A stretch of 64,000 nt of DNA, taken from Clostridia bacterium. GTDB lineage: Bacteria > Bacillota > Clostridia > TANB77 > CAG-508. Each line of letters starts with the position of its first letter. Positions within the stretch are counted from its first letter, which is position 1. Positions 9,256 to 19,408 of this stretch are shown one piece after another. The notes under the pieces were generated by a model. That model was not told where the DNA came from. It made no database searches and worked only from the letters and a program-made list of their open reading frames with translations. A program made the translations under genes and the position numbers. Where the stretch lies: contig JAFQSS010000021.1 of assembly GCA_017409455.1 (NCBI GenBank), forward strand, positions 45,673 through 109,672, written 5' to 3'.

Positions 9256-12200
9256 TTATATTATACAATTATCTTTTCCAATAATTTCTTCAAATACTTT
9301 CAAAATCTCATCAGTTAAATAAATTGCACCACAAGACTTTAAGTCTTCTCCTATTTTTATACAAACACTTATATTATTTTGCTCACCATTAAAATACTTA
9401 ATTGCTCCTCTAAGTTTTGATTTTTGTTCCTCTGTAGCATTTGTAATATTTAAAGTAAGCATTTTAGGTTTTGCTTCTCCAAAATTTTTAATTTCTTTTG
9501 CAACAATTTTAGTTGCATCATCATCTCTAATGCTAAGCCTACCGTCAATCATTACTATATTTTCTTCAACTAACACATCTTGCGCTTTTAAATAAGTTGG
9601 TTCAAATACTATGATTTCTACTGGTCCATATAAGTCTTCAATTGTAAGAAATACCATAATCTTATTATTTTTAGTATATTTCTTTTTAACAGAAGTAATA
9701 ACTCCTGCGATTTTTACATCTTGCCCATCCACAATGTGTGGTCTTTCTATGTTTTCTTCTTGTTCTGAATTTTGATTATCTATTTCATGCATTTGAAGTG
9801 AAGAAATATTTGTAGTTGCAATTATTTGTTCTTTTATTTTTTCAAGAGGATGTCCTGAAATATAAATTCCAAGCATTTCTTTTTCCATTGAAAGTAGTTC
9901 TCTTTCATTTAATTCTGGCAATTCTGTGAAATTATATTTTATTTCATTTAAATTGTTTTCTTCATTATCTCCACCCAAATCAAACATTGAAACTTGTCCG
10001 TTCATTCCTTTTTTATTATAAGATTGAATGGTATCAATTATTGTTTCAAATGAAGCTATTAATGTTGCCCTTGTTTCTGGGAATTCTGTAAATGTTCCTG
10101 ATTTTATTAAACTTTCTACACATTTCTTATTTACAGATTCTCCTGCCATTCTTTCACAAAAATCCGTAAAACTTGTAAATGCTCCATTTGCTTCTCTATC
10201 TTTTATTATATTTTCAACAGGTTGTAGTCCTACATTTTTTATGCTTCCTAATCCAAAACGAATTTTTCCATCCTCTACTGTAAATTTACTATAACTTCTA
10301 TTTATATCTGGTTTTAATATTTCAATTCCAAGTCTTTTACATTCATCTATATATTCAGGCACTTTATCTAAATTCCCCAAGAAACTATTTAACATAGATG
10401 CCATAAATTCTGCTGGGTAATATGCTTTTAAATAAGCTGTTCTATATGCAACTACAGCATAACACGCTGCATGTGATTTGTTAAATGCATATTTTGCAAA
10501 TTCAGCCATTTCATCAAAGATTTTATCTGCTGATTTAGCATCTATTCCATTTCTTACACATCCCGGAATTACTACATTCCCATTTTCATCAACTTGACCA
10601 TTTATAAATACTTCTCTTTCTTTTGCCATTACATCAAGTTTTTTCTTACCCATAGCTCTACGAACTAAGTCAGCTCTACCAAGAGAGTAGCCCGCTAAAT
10701 CTCTTACAATTTGCATTACTTGTTCTTGGTATACCATACATCCATACGTTACATTTAATATTGGCTCTAATGCTGGATGTGTATATTCATTATGACCTGG
10801 ATTAAGTTTTCCTTTAATATATCTTGGAATTTGATCCATTGGTCCTGGACGATATAGTGAAACTCCTGCTATTATATCTTCTAAACAATCAGGTTTTAAT
10901 TCTTTCATGAAATTTGTCATACCCTGAGATTCAAATTGAAATATTCCGGAAGATTTGCCATCTTGCCATAATTTATACACTTTAGGATCTGCCATTTCTT
11001 CATCAAATTTCACATCAATTCCTCTTGTTTGTTTCACTAAGTTAATTGTATCTTGAATTACTGTTAATGTTCTTAATCCCAAAAAATCCATCTTTAAAAG
11101 TCCAAGTTCTTCAAGTGTTGTCATTATATATTGTGTTGAAATCTGGTCATCCCTTACATATAGTGGCACATATGTATCAACTGGTTCTTTTGTTATTACA
11201 ACTCCACAAGCATGTGTTGATGCTTGTCTTGGCATACCTTCTAATGCCATTGCTATATCTAATAATTTATGTATTTGTTCATTATTTTCATATAAAACTT
11301 TTAATTCTTTGTTTTGTTCTATTGATTTTGGAATACTAATATGTAATTCGTTTGGAATCATTTTCGCGAGTTTGTCTGCTTCTGCATATGGAAAATCCAA
11401 AACTCTTGCAACATCTCTTATTACCATTTTTGCAGCCATTGTGCCAAATGTTATAATTTGTGATACATGGTCATGTCCATATTTATTTGAAACATAATCA
11501 ATTACATCTTGTCTATGTTCATAACAGAAGTCTACGTCAAAATCAGGCATACTTATTCTTTCTGGGTTTAAGAATCTTTCAAAAAGTAGGCCATATTTCA
11601 TCGGGTCAATGTCTGTTATTTCAATCGCATATGCAAGTATAGAACCTGCTCCAGAACCTCTTCCTGGACCAACTGGTATTCCATGACTTTTAGCATAATG
11701 AATAAAATCCCAAACTATCAAGAAATAATCTACATATCCCATTTTTTTGATTACACCAATTTCATATTCTGCCCTTTCGATTATCTCATCTGATAAATTT
11801 TCACCATATCTATTTTTTAATCCATCATCACACAATTTTTTCAAGAAATCATAATGTGTTTCAAATTCAGGTGGCACATCATAATTAGGTAATATTGTAT
11901 GTCCAAATTCAAATTCAACATTACATTTATCTGCTATTTTTACTGTGTTTTCTATTGCATCTGGAAAAGCCGCAAAATATTCGCTCATTTCTTCTGGTGA
12001 TTTTACATATAATTCTTCTGTTTCAAATCTCATTCTGTCTTCATCACTCATACGTTTTCCAGTTTGGATACATAATAATATTTCGTGATTATAAGCATCT
12101 TCTCTTTTTAAATAATGAGCATCATTTGTTGCAACTAATGGAATGTCTAATTTTCTTGCAAGTTGTACTAATTTTTGATTGGCAAGAACTTGTTCTTTAA

Positions 12201-12735
12201 TTCCATTATTTTGTATTTCTATATAATAATCTTCTCCAAAAACTTTTTTGTGCCATAATGCAATTTCTTCTGCCTTTTCAGTTTGTCCATTTAATAATGC
12301 TTGGTTTACTGCTCCAGCCAAACATGCGCTTAAGCAAATTAACCCTTCACTGTACTGTTCCAAAACTTCTAAATCAATTCTTGGCTTGTAATAATAGCCT
12401 TCAGTAAAACCAATAGAAACTAACTTGCTTAAATTTTGATATCCTTTATTGTCTTTAGCTAATAATATTAAGTGATTGTATTTGTTATCGACATTAGGTT
12501 CTTTGTCGTATCTTGAACGGGGCGCAACATAAACTTCACATCCAATTATAGGTTTAACACCTTCTTTTTTACACGCTTTATAAAAGTCAATCGCTCCATA
12601 CATGACTCCGTGGTCAGTTATTGCTATCGCCTTCATTCCTAGTTCTTTTGCCCTTACTGGCAAATCTTTTATTCTATTTGCTCCATCTAATAAACTAAAT
12701 TCACTATGTATATGTAAGTGTACAAAATCTGGCAT
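9256..12735 (-). CDS. dnaE: DNA polymerase III alpha subunit (DnaE type, N-terminal PHP domain)
   Basis: ORF 9256..12777. Motifs MPDFVHLHIHSEFSLLDGA (PHP), ...GPGRGSGAGS..., ...FDVDFC... and ...YKACKKEG... are typical of DnaE. The preferred start is ATG at 12735, 7 nt after AGGAGG. Confidence 0.95.
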   Translation of the reverse strand: MPDFVHLHIHSEFSLLDGANRIKDLPVRAKELGMKAIAITDHGVMYGAIDFYKACKKEGVKPIIGCEVYVAPRSRYDKEPNVDNKYNHLILLAKDNKGYQNLSKLVSIGFTEGYYYKPRIDLEVLEQYSEGLICLSACLAGAVNQALLNGQTEKAEEIALWHKKVFGEDYYIEIQNNGIKEQVLANQKLVQLARKLDIPLVATNDAHYLKREDAYNHEILLCIQTGKRMSDEDRMRFETEELYVKSPEEMSEYFAAFPDAIENTVKIADKCNVEFEFGHTILPNYDVPPEFETHYDFLKKLCDDGLKNRYGENLSDEIIERAEYEIGVIKKMGYVDYFLIVWDFIHYAKSHGIPVGPGRGSGAGSILAYAIEITDIDPMKYGLLFERFLNPERISMPDFDVDFCYEHRQDVIDYVSNKYGHDHVSQIITFGTMAAKMVIRDVARVLDFPYAEADKLAKMIPNELHISIPKSIEQNKELKVLYENNEQIHKLLDIAMALEGMPRQASTHACGVVITKEPVDTYVPLYVRDDQISTQYIMTTLEELGLLKMDFLGLRTLTVIQDTINLVKQTRGIDVKFDEEMADPKVYKLWQDGKSSGIFQFESQGMTNFMKELKPDCLEDIIAGVSLYRPGPMDQIPRYIKGKLNPGHNEYTHPALEPILNVTYGCMVYQEQVMQIVRDLAGYSLGRADLVRRAMGKKKLDVMAKEREVFINGQVDENGNVVIPGCVRNGIDAKSADKIFDEMAEFAKYAFNKSHAACYAVVAYRTAYLKAYYPAEFMASMLNSFLGNLDKVPEYIDECKRLGIEILKPDINRSYSKFTVEDGKIRFGLGSIKNVGLQPVENIIKDREANGAFTSFTDFCERMAGESVNKKCVESLIKSGTFTEFPETRATLIASFETIIDTIQSYNKKGMNGQVSMFDLGGDNEENNLNEIKYNFTELPELNERELLSMEKEMLGIYISGHPLEKIKEQIIATTNISSLQMHEIDNQNSEQEENIERPHIVDGQDVKIAGVITSVKKKYTKNNKIMVFLTIEDLYGPVEIIVFEPTYLKAQDVLVEENIVMIDGRLSIRDDDATKIVAKEIKNFGEAKPKMLTLNITNATEEQKSKLRGAIKYFNGEQNNISVCIKIGEDLKSCGAIYLTDEILKVFEEIIGKDNCII

Positions 12736-12750
12736 ATCTTCCTCCTGCAT

Positions 12751-12831
12751 CTGGGGCCGTGCTCGCCATGCTAGCAACTGGGGACATGTTCACCGTGCTA
12801 GCATTTGGGGACAGGCTCGTTTTTCGCCTTT
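12751..12831 (-). repeat. 27-nt GC-rich tandem repeat (about 2.5 copies) in the dnaE 5' leader
   Basis: CTGGGG recurs at 12751, 12778 and 12805 with an exact 27-nt period. Units 1 and 2 each end in the 8-bp palindrome TGCTAGCA (12769-76 and 12796-803). GC is about 55% in a roughly 28% GC genome. Confidence 0.6.
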
Positions 12832-12927
12832 ATTCTATCACACTTTCCTCTATTTTTAAATCATTTTGTTGATTTTTTTCTAAAAAATGATATAATAATT
12901 CAAAAACATTTAACATTGGAGGAAAAT

Positions 12928-13335
12928 ATGCATATTTTTGAAAGAAAAATAAATTATTATGAAACTGATAAAATGGGAATTGTTCACCATTCAAATTATA
13001 TTAGATTTTTTGAAGAGGCTCGTTGCGCACTTTTGGAAGAGGCAGAATTACCTTATGATTTGATGGAATCTAAGGGCATAATGTCACCAGTATTAGGGGT
13101 AAGTTGTAAATATAAGCAACATGTTACTTTTGGAGATACTATCCGAGTTCATGCTTATATTAAAGAATTTACTGGTGTTAAATTTACTGTAGCTTATGAA
13201 ATTTATAATAAAAATACAGGAATACTTTGTGTAACTGGCGAGTCTAACCATTGCTTTACTGATTCTAATTTAAAACCTTTAAACGTAAAAAAACATCATA
13301 ATGATGTTTACGAAAAATTTATAAATCTTGGGTAA
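12928..13335 (+). CDS. Acyl-CoA thioesterase (4HBT/YbgC family)
   Basis: ATG at 12928 follows TTGGAGGAAAAT. MHIFERKINYYETDKMGIVHHSNYIRFFEEAR is a hotdog-fold thioesterase signature. The longer ORF-track N-terminus is unlikely to be translated. Confidence 0.8.
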   Translation: MHIFERKINYYETDKMGIVHHSNYIRFFEEARCALLEEAELPYDLMESKGIMSPVLGVSCKYKQHVTFGDTIRVHAYIKEFTGVKFTVAYEIYNKNTGILCVTGESNHCFTDSNLKPLNVKKHHNDVYEKFINLG

Positions 13336-13340
13336 AAAAA

Positions 13341-13534
13341 GCAACCCCGCCTTAGCCGTAAGATGTCTGAATTTTTAAGGACCTGTCTTGGACAGGTGGG
13401 TGCCTACTTAAATACTCATGGGCTTCTTACTACTATAAAGTGTAAGCATGCACGCCATATCTAAAGAATTTGGCCCCTCTTATAACTTGTAGGTTCTAAA
13501 AATTCTGCGCTACACGCACTATGCAGGGAATTGC
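13341..13534 (+). ncRNA. Candidate structured small RNA (6S-like long interrupted helix). Identity and strand uncertain
   Basis: A roughly 190-nt block is markedly GC-richer than its surroundings, has no ORF on either strand and sits between convergent genes. Its ends can pair (GCAA.CCC with GGGAATTGC, and GAATTTTTA at 13369-77 with TAAAAATTC at 13497-505), giving a long closing helix with internal bubbles. Confidence 0.3.
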
Positions 13535-13685
13535 TATTCGATTTTGTTAATATAATATTAGCATATTTTTTTATTAATTGCAACTAATCAACAGTTCAAA
13601 TTTTTTTAAAATCATATGCTATTTATATTATATCTCTCTTTTTTTTATTTATACTCTCTCTATTTACTTTTTTGTCATTTGACTT

Positions 13686-14297
13686 TTATTTTTTGATTTG
13701 TGCAAGTAATTGTGAAAAGGCCTTGTCTCTATGATTGTGAGCATTTTCATATTCTTCTGCACTAAGTTCTGACATTGGTACTGTATATCCATCTGGAATA
13801 AATACAGGAGAATATGTTAAACCACCTAATTTTTTTATTTCTTTGGCAATTTTACCAGTACATTCTCCTTTTGAAACAATTTTTGTATCATCTTTTAAAA
13901 AGCTTGTTAGTACACAAATAAATTTCCCTCTTCTTTCTATGTCTCCAGTTTTTTCTATATTTGATAATAGTTTTTTCAAACAATCTTCTTGTGTTGCATT
14001 TTCTCCTGCATATCTAGCAGAATATACTCCTGGTTCACCATTTAAACAGTCAACGCATAAACCTGCATCATCTGTTGTTATTATGTCATATTCTATGTTA
14101 TTTTTATCGCAGAATTGTTTTACTGCAATAGCCTTAATTTCTGAATTTTCTTCAAATGTTGTCCCGTTTTCTTCTATGTCTCCGAAAAATCCAATATCTT
14201 TTAGTGATACTACTTCTAGATCAGCTCCATGAGCTGCAATTATTGCTTTTATGTCTTTTACCTTATTTGCATTAGATGTTCCATATATCATTTTCAT
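13686..14297 (-). CDS. rdgB: Non-canonical purine NTP pyrophosphatase (Ham1/RdgB family)
   Basis: 203 aa with MKMIYGTSNANKVKDIKAI...ITTDDAGLCVDCLNGEPGVYSARY, which is Ham1-like. AAGGAGAT RBS. Confidence 0.8.
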   Translation of the reverse strand: MKMIYGTSNANKVKDIKAIIAAHGADLEVVSLKDIGFFGDIEENGTTFEENSEIKAIAVKQFCDKNNIEYDIITTDDAGLCVDCLNGEPGVYSARYAGENATQEDCLKKLLSNIEKTGDIERRGKFICVLTSFLKDDTKIVSKGECTGKIAKEIKKLGGLTYSPVFIPDGYTVPMSELSAEEYENAHNHRDKAFSQLLAQIKK

Positions 14298-14312
14298 ATT
14301 TATAGTATCTCC

Positions 14313-14756
14313 TTATAACCCCATTATTTCTTTTGCTACTTCATTTATTGTTTTTCCATCTGCTGAAGCTCCCATTTCTGCTTTTGCTTCTTTCATGATT
14401 GCTCCCATATCTTTCATTGTTGTGGCCCCGATTTCAGCTATTATTTTTTCTAATTCAGCTTTTATCTCTTCTCTGCTTAATTGTTTTGGTAAATATTCTT
14501 GTAATACTGTAATTTCTTGATTTGTTTGATTTATTAAATCTTCTCTTCCTGCTTTTTCAAAATCTTTTAAAGCATCTTTTTTTGATTTTACTTCTTTTGC
14601 AATTATTTCTAATATTTTATCATCTTCTACTTGTATTCCTTTATCTTTTTCTATTTGTAATATTGCAGCTCTTACCATTTGAACTGTGTTTTTTCTTATT
14701 TCATCTTTATTTCTCATTGAAACTTTTAAATCTTCCATTAATTTTTCTTTAAACAT
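14313..14756 (-). CDS. yqeY: GatB/YqeY domain protein
   Basis: 147 aa whose N-terminus MFKEKLMEDLKVSMRNKDEIRKNTVQMVRAAI is typical of YqeY. AAGGAGG RBS. Confidence 0.75.
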   Translation of the reverse strand: MFKEKLMEDLKVSMRNKDEIRKNTVQMVRAAILQIEKDKGIQVEDDKILEIIAKEVKSKKDALKDFEKAGREDLINQTNQEITVLQEYLPKQLSREEIKAELEKIIAEIGATTMKDMGAIMKEAKAEMGASADGKTINEVAKEIMGL

Positions 14757-14797
14757 TATAATTTCCTCCTTGTTTTTTATATTATATCATAATTTTC

Positions 14798-15748
14798 CTA
14801 AATTGTATCACCCGCATCTAACTTTCTTATTTTTTTATAGAACTCTCCATCTTTCTTAGAAAATGTTTTTTCTTCTAATCCGTTTGGGGTGCATAGTTTA
14901 ACTTTTACATATCCAGAATTTATTTGCGGATGTCTTAATATTCTTGCCGGTTCAACAGCTACTGGTGTTTTTGAAAATGCTATATATGAAAATTTTTCAT
15001 CTTCATAACCTAGTTCGCCTTTTTTAGCTTGCCTTTGTATTCCGCTTCTTGCCACTCTTACATAAAAGCTACACCAATCTTCTTGAGTATTTATTGGGCA
15101 TTTCCCATTGTGTGAACATGGTACTACAACATTAGCATTTTTAGATAACAATAACTCTCTTGCTTCATTGATGTGTTTAAATCCTTCAGGAGTACCTGGC
15201 TCTATTATTACTAACAATCCATTAGTTGCTTCCCACATTTTTTCTATTGCTTTTCTTCTATTTTCTTCAGATAGTTCATTAATTACATAAGATGTAACAA
15301 CCAAATCTGCTTTTTCATTTAAATTATCTGATATTAAGTCAAATTCGTTCCACTCCACATTTCCAAAATTATTATACATCAATTGTTTTCCAATATCTCT
15401 CATTGCTTGTTCTCGTTCTAGGCACATTATTTTCTGAGGTTTCAGAAATTCTTGAAGTGCCCATGTAGCAGCACCTGTTCCTGCACCTACATCTAATACT
15501 GTTTTAATTTCTTTATTATAATTTCTGAAAATTTTCGAAAACACTGTATAAACTACACAATAAGTTGCTGGCATTCGTGAAATGGAATAAGCTACTGCTT
15601 CTGATTGTTTAGTAACTATTTTTTTCCCTTTACCATCATTTTCTCTATATTTTTTACTTATTGACTGTGATTCTTCAATAATATTTTTATGTTTTGTTCC
15701 AATAATTATTTTTTCAATTGCTTCTTTCAACTCCTGCGTTATGTCCAT
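14798..15748 (-). CDS. Rsm22-like SAM-dependent methyltransferase with a C-terminal Cys cluster
   Basis: LDVGAGTGAATWAL SAM motif and ...VVPCSHNGKCPI...WCSF... cysteine motif. AAAAGGAG RBS. Confidence 0.65.
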   Translation of the reverse strand: MDITQELKEAIEKIIIGTKHKNIIEESQSISKKYRENDGKGKKIVTKQSEAVAYSISRMPATYCVVYTVFSKIFRNYNKEIKTVLDVGAGTGAATWALQEFLKPQKIMCLEREQAMRDIGKQLMYNNFGNVEWNEFDLISDNLNEKADLVVTSYVINELSEENRRKAIEKMWEATNGLLVIIEPGTPEGFKHINEARELLLSKNANVVVPCSHNGKCPINTQEDWCSFYVRVARSGIQRQAKKGELGYEDEKFSYIAFSKTPVAVEPARILRHPQINSGYVKVKLCTPNGLEEKTFSKKDGEFYKKIRKLDAGDTI

Positions 15749-15760
15749 ATTTTCTCCTTT

Positions 15761-16498
15761 TTAAAACATTATTATTTTTCCGTTTTTCTTAAGCCATTTA
15801 TCTATTTCTTTATAATTGGGGATATATTTTGCAACCAAATCATAAAACTCTTTATTATGATTCTTATATTTCATATGACATAATTCATGAACAATTATTG
15901 CATCAATTATATTATCTGGTAGCATTACAAGTCTAGATGAAAAATACAAGTTTTTCTTTGTTGGCATACAACTACCATATCTAGTTGTTGCATCCATTAC
16001 TTTTACTTGATTATATTCAAACCCTGTAATCTTACTCCAATATGGCAATCTGCTTTTAATCATTATTTCTGTATTTCTTTTTAACAGTCTCTTTATTGTT
16101 TTATCTACATTGATTTTTATAATTTCTTGTTCCATGTTTTCTGGTACAATTATCTCTATTTGTTTAGATTCTAATTGTATATCTATTTTTATTTGTTTTT
16201 TGGGTGTAGTTTTCCTTATTATTGTAAATTCTTCGCCTTTGTAATATAGCTTCTCTCCTGTTTTCCATTGCTTAATTGTACTAATTTCAGAGGATTCTAT
16301 TTTTTTGTATTTATTATATATATCATCTTCATTTTGTTTTAGTGTTTGTAATAATTTTTTCATTGATAATCTTGTTGGTTTTGTTATTGTTAATATATTC
16401 CCTTTGAAATATATTTTTATTGATTTTGAATTTTTGTAACTTTTGATGGAAATTGGTATTTCTATATCTTTTATTTTTAAAAATTTTGCATCATTCAT
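15761..16498 (-). CDS. YgjP-like metal-dependent hydrolase (DUF45, M48 HExxH fold)
   Basis: The C-terminal IIVHELCHMKYKNHNKEF motif. Confidence 0.7.
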   Translation of the reverse strand: MNDAKFLKIKDIEIPISIKSYKNSKSIKIYFKGNILTITKPTRLSMKKLLQTLKQNEDDIYNKYKKIESSEISTIKQWKTGEKLYYKGEEFTIIRKTTPKKQIKIDIQLESKQIEIIVPENMEQEIIKINVDKTIKRLLKRNTEIMIKSRLPYWSKITGFEYNQVKVMDATTRYGSCMPTKKNLYFSSRLVMLPDNIIDAIIVHELCHMKYKNHNKEFYDLVAKYIPNYKEIDKWLKKNGKIIMF

Positions 16499-16510
16499 AT
16501 TAGTTCCTTT

Positions 16511-17248
16511 CTATAGTTCTACTATTCCACCATAATCTATCACATCTAAATTTTTAAATTCTATTATGTTTATATTTTTATTTGTGATAAAGTTTCTAAT
16601 TTTATTATCTTGATCAATTTTGTTTAAATCACCAAATACCATTATTCTATTACCAATTCTTGAAATCGCACCACCAATAAATCCTTTTTTATGGCTATAT
16701 TGGTTGTCATTTAAAAGCTTTATGTCTGGGTCATAATCTAAATACAATACATCTAAATTGTGTTTTTGTAATATTTTATATAGTCCTTTGTCTGTCACAA
16801 TTGCACTATTTTCATCTATTACAGCTATTGAACAATTAGTATATCCTTGTGTTGTATTTATAAATTCATATTCTTGCTTTGTTAGTTCTTCTTTTATTTG
16901 CAAGTCTGTGTGTTGAAAACTATGAATTGCTTTTTTACCTATTATGCAAACATTATATTTTATGTCTTGTGGGTATCTTGAGCTTATGGTTTCTAATCCT
17001 GATTTTACCTTGTATTCTGATGGCAAATGCAATTTTATTTGTTCATACTGACTTGGCTCTACAATAAGGACATCTTCTATTTTGCAAGTAAATATGTCTA
17101 CATGTGATGATATTTCTGGATATACATTTTCACTTTTCTTGATTTCTATTAAATCATAACTAAGTTCTTTTAATTTCTGTTTTTCAATTTGTCTCATTCG
17201 TTCATCTATTATTACTTTATTTTTCATCTTTAAATACCTTTGTTTCAT
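16511..17248 (-). CDS. Hypothetical protein
   Basis: 245-aa ORF. The ATG at 17248 lacks an RBS, and an alternative start MKNKVIID at about 17227 follows AAAGG. No family recognised. Confidence 0.5.
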   Translation of the reverse strand: MKQRYLKMKNKVIIDERMRQIEKQKLKELSYDLIEIKKSENVYPEISSHVDIFTCKIEDVLIVEPSQYEQIKLHLPSEYKVKSGLETISSRYPQDIKYNVCIIGKKAIHSFQHTDLQIKEELTKQEYEFINTTQGYTNCSIAVIDENSAIVTDKGLYKILQKHNLDVLYLDYDPDIKLLNDNQYSHKKGFIGGAISRIGNRIMVFGDLNKIDQDNKIRNFITNKNINIIEFKNLDVIDYGGIVEL

Positions 17249-17717
17249 AATATTTTTTTAAGAAATTCCACGATCCTGTTTTGTCTGTAATACCATCGAA
17301 ATTATTATTAATTCTTTCTAATATTTCTTGTTTTGAAAACCATTTTATTTCTTCCACTTCTTCTTTTTGTAACTTAATTTCACTTATTTCTACTTGTTTT
17401 GTAATTATATAACACTCATTAAAATGATTGTTTATAATATTTTCTTTTATTTGTATTCCTAATTCTTCTTTTACTTCTCTTATTAGAGCTTGTTCTCCAA
17501 ATTCTCCTGCTAATACGTGACCTCCAGCAGTTATGTCCCATAATCCAGGCCATAGTTTTTTAGTTTTGCTTCTTTTTTGCAGCAAAACTTCACCTTTCTC
17601 ATTAAATATAAATCCATATATTGCTCTGTGCCATAAACCTTTTTCGTGACACTTTTCTCTTGTTTCTATTTCACCTGTAAATTCTCCGTTTTCATTTAAC
17701 ACGTCAAAATATTCCAT
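17217..17717 (-). CDS. NUDIX hydrolase
   Basis: Nudix box GGHVLAGEFGEQALIREVKEELGI. AAGGAGGAAC RBS. Confidence 0.8.
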   Translation of the reverse strand: MEYFDVLNENGEFTGEIETREKCHEKGLWHRAIYGFIFNEKGEVLLQKRSKTKKLWPGLWDITAGGHVLAGEFGEQALIREVKEELGIQIKENIINNHFNECYIITKQVEISEIKLQKEEVEEIKWFSKQEILERINNNFDGITDKTGSWNFLKKYYETKVFKDEK

Positions 17718-17805
17718 AGTTCCTCCTTATTTGGAATATGCATTTTTTGCATTTTCGTTGCAAAAATTCATTTAAAGTTGTCGCAAATTTTGCGACAACT
17801 TTTAT

Positions 17806-18651
17806 CTAAATACTCGTCCAATAATAATATAATATATTTTTATCAATGTCATATACCCCAACTTCATATCCTGTTGCTTCTTCTTCAGTAAAATTATATT
17901 TCTTATTCTCGTCACTTGTTCTGCACACTAACTCATAATGATAATATCCATTTTCTATTGAAAGTACCTCTTCATTATGCTCAAAACTATCTAATATATC
18001 ATTTTCTAATCTATTTTTACTCCATATTTGACTTTTACTTAAAGTTTCTTGTATTTCTTTTCTATTTTCTTCTGTAAGTTCATACACATAGTAATCTAAT
18101 CCATCATTTTGAGGCCCACCCCTTACACTATATATTTCTCTTGTAATATAATTACTTGTGTCTACTCCTAAAATTTCATTATAATCTTTATGATAATTAA
18201 AAAGTCCATTTTTAAAATAATATAGTTTTGCATTTTTTATGTCAAAAATCGCATATATTCCGTTTTTATCGTAATAATATAAATCTTCTCTATCAATTTC
18301 AATTTCTTCATCTTCTTTAATTTCATAAAACTCTTTCATTATGTATTCATAAAATTTATTTTTACTCCATAAGTTACTATTTTCTAATTGACTTTTCAAT
18401 TCCTTCATACTGCTACTATAATAATTTTTAATTTTATAAACTTTATATGTACAAAATTCATCATAACCATATGTTGTTATATACTCTATACTATAATATT
18501 CAATTTTCAAACCTAACTTTTTGTAATCATTGTCTACATTTGCAAAAAGTTTTAATATAAATATGTATATACTTAAACAAAATATAATAATTATAGAGAT
18601 TATTAAGCCTATAGTTTTAATAGTTTCACTTTTTCTCAATATGAACACCAC
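17806..18651 (-). CDS. Membrane-anchored hypothetical protein with internal Tyr-rich repeats
   Basis: N-terminal TM helix. Duplicated segments (LWSKNKFYEYIMKEFYEI / IWSKNRLENDILDSFEHN and GIYAIFDIKNAKLYYF / GVYDIDKNILYYYW). GTG start per the ORF track. Confidence 0.5.
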   Translation of the reverse strand: MVFILRKSETIKTIGLIISIIIIFCLSIYIFILKLFANVDNDYKKLGLKIEYYSIEYITTYGYDEFCTYKVYKIKNYYSSSMKELKSQLENSNLWSKNKFYEYIMKEFYEIKEDEEIEIDREDLYYYDKNGIYAIFDIKNAKLYYFKNGLFNYHKDYNEILGVDTSNYITREIYSVRGGPQNDGLDYYVYELTEENRKEIQETLSKSQIWSKNRLENDILDSFEHNEEVLSIENGYYHYELVCRTSDENKKYNFTEEEATGYEVGVYDIDKNILYYYWTSI

Positions 18652-18662
18652 CTAATTAAATT

Positions 18663-19408
18663 TTAAAAATCTCCTTCTTTTGTTTTAAATTTTATTTTAA
18701 GATCAAATATCTTTATAACCCCATATTCGCTTGATACAACTCCAAAATTATTTAATAAGGTTGAAAATATATCAGATTTTATATCTTTGCCATCAGCATA
18801 TTCCTTTAGGCTTTTAAAATCAGTAAAATCGTATGTATCAATTAGTTCAATTTCAAAATTCCATTTATCTTCTTTATCTTTACTTGCTTTCACAAACATC
18901 GTTGCATCATGCAATGCATAAAGCAAATCACTGTTTTCAAATCTGATTAAAGTATCCTCTGTTGGTGCACCATCATCTACAATAAATTCCTTTTTGCCTT
19001 CTCCATATTTTTGTATTAATTGATTTATCTGTTCTTGAATGACTTACTATCAAGTATTAGGTTGGCTGTTTCCTTATCTTCTATAACCAAATCATTTGGT
19101 TCTTTTCCAAATGGAGCTAATGAATTAAGTAATAATTTTGCAGAAAGCTCTTTATTTGTTAATATTCCTCCTACAACAACAACTTGCCAAAATAGATTTT
19201 GCATTGAATAAAATACAGCATAAGAAATTGGATTTGATTTTTTGGTTACATCAAATATAAAGCTCATACTTTTTATATATTTTTCAGCAATTTCTTCATC
19301 TACTTTTTCCCAATTTATCTCTTTAATTTCTTTTAATAGTTCTTCGAATTTTTGTGAATAATTAAATAATTTATATATATCATTTAATGAAAAAGAAATT
19401 GTCTCCAT
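18663..19408 (-). pseudogene. Hypothetical gene split by an apparent frameshift (ORFs 19025..19408 and 18663..18926)
   Basis: The downstream ORF has no Met start (the track uses TTG). Its reading frame stays open upstream through ...QEQINQLIQKYGEGKKEFIVDDGAPTEDTLIRFENSDL... up to within about 10 nt of the TAA that ends the 127-aa ORF at 19025. A single-nt indel near 19025-19035 would fuse them into one roughly 245-aa protein. Confidence 0.4.

Noticed and set aside
12736-12777. N-terminal 14-aa extension of DnaE (start at 12777)
   Set aside because: The AGGAGG RBS lies inside the extension, 7 nt upstream of the ATG at 12735, and the protein then begins with the conserved PHP-domain motif.
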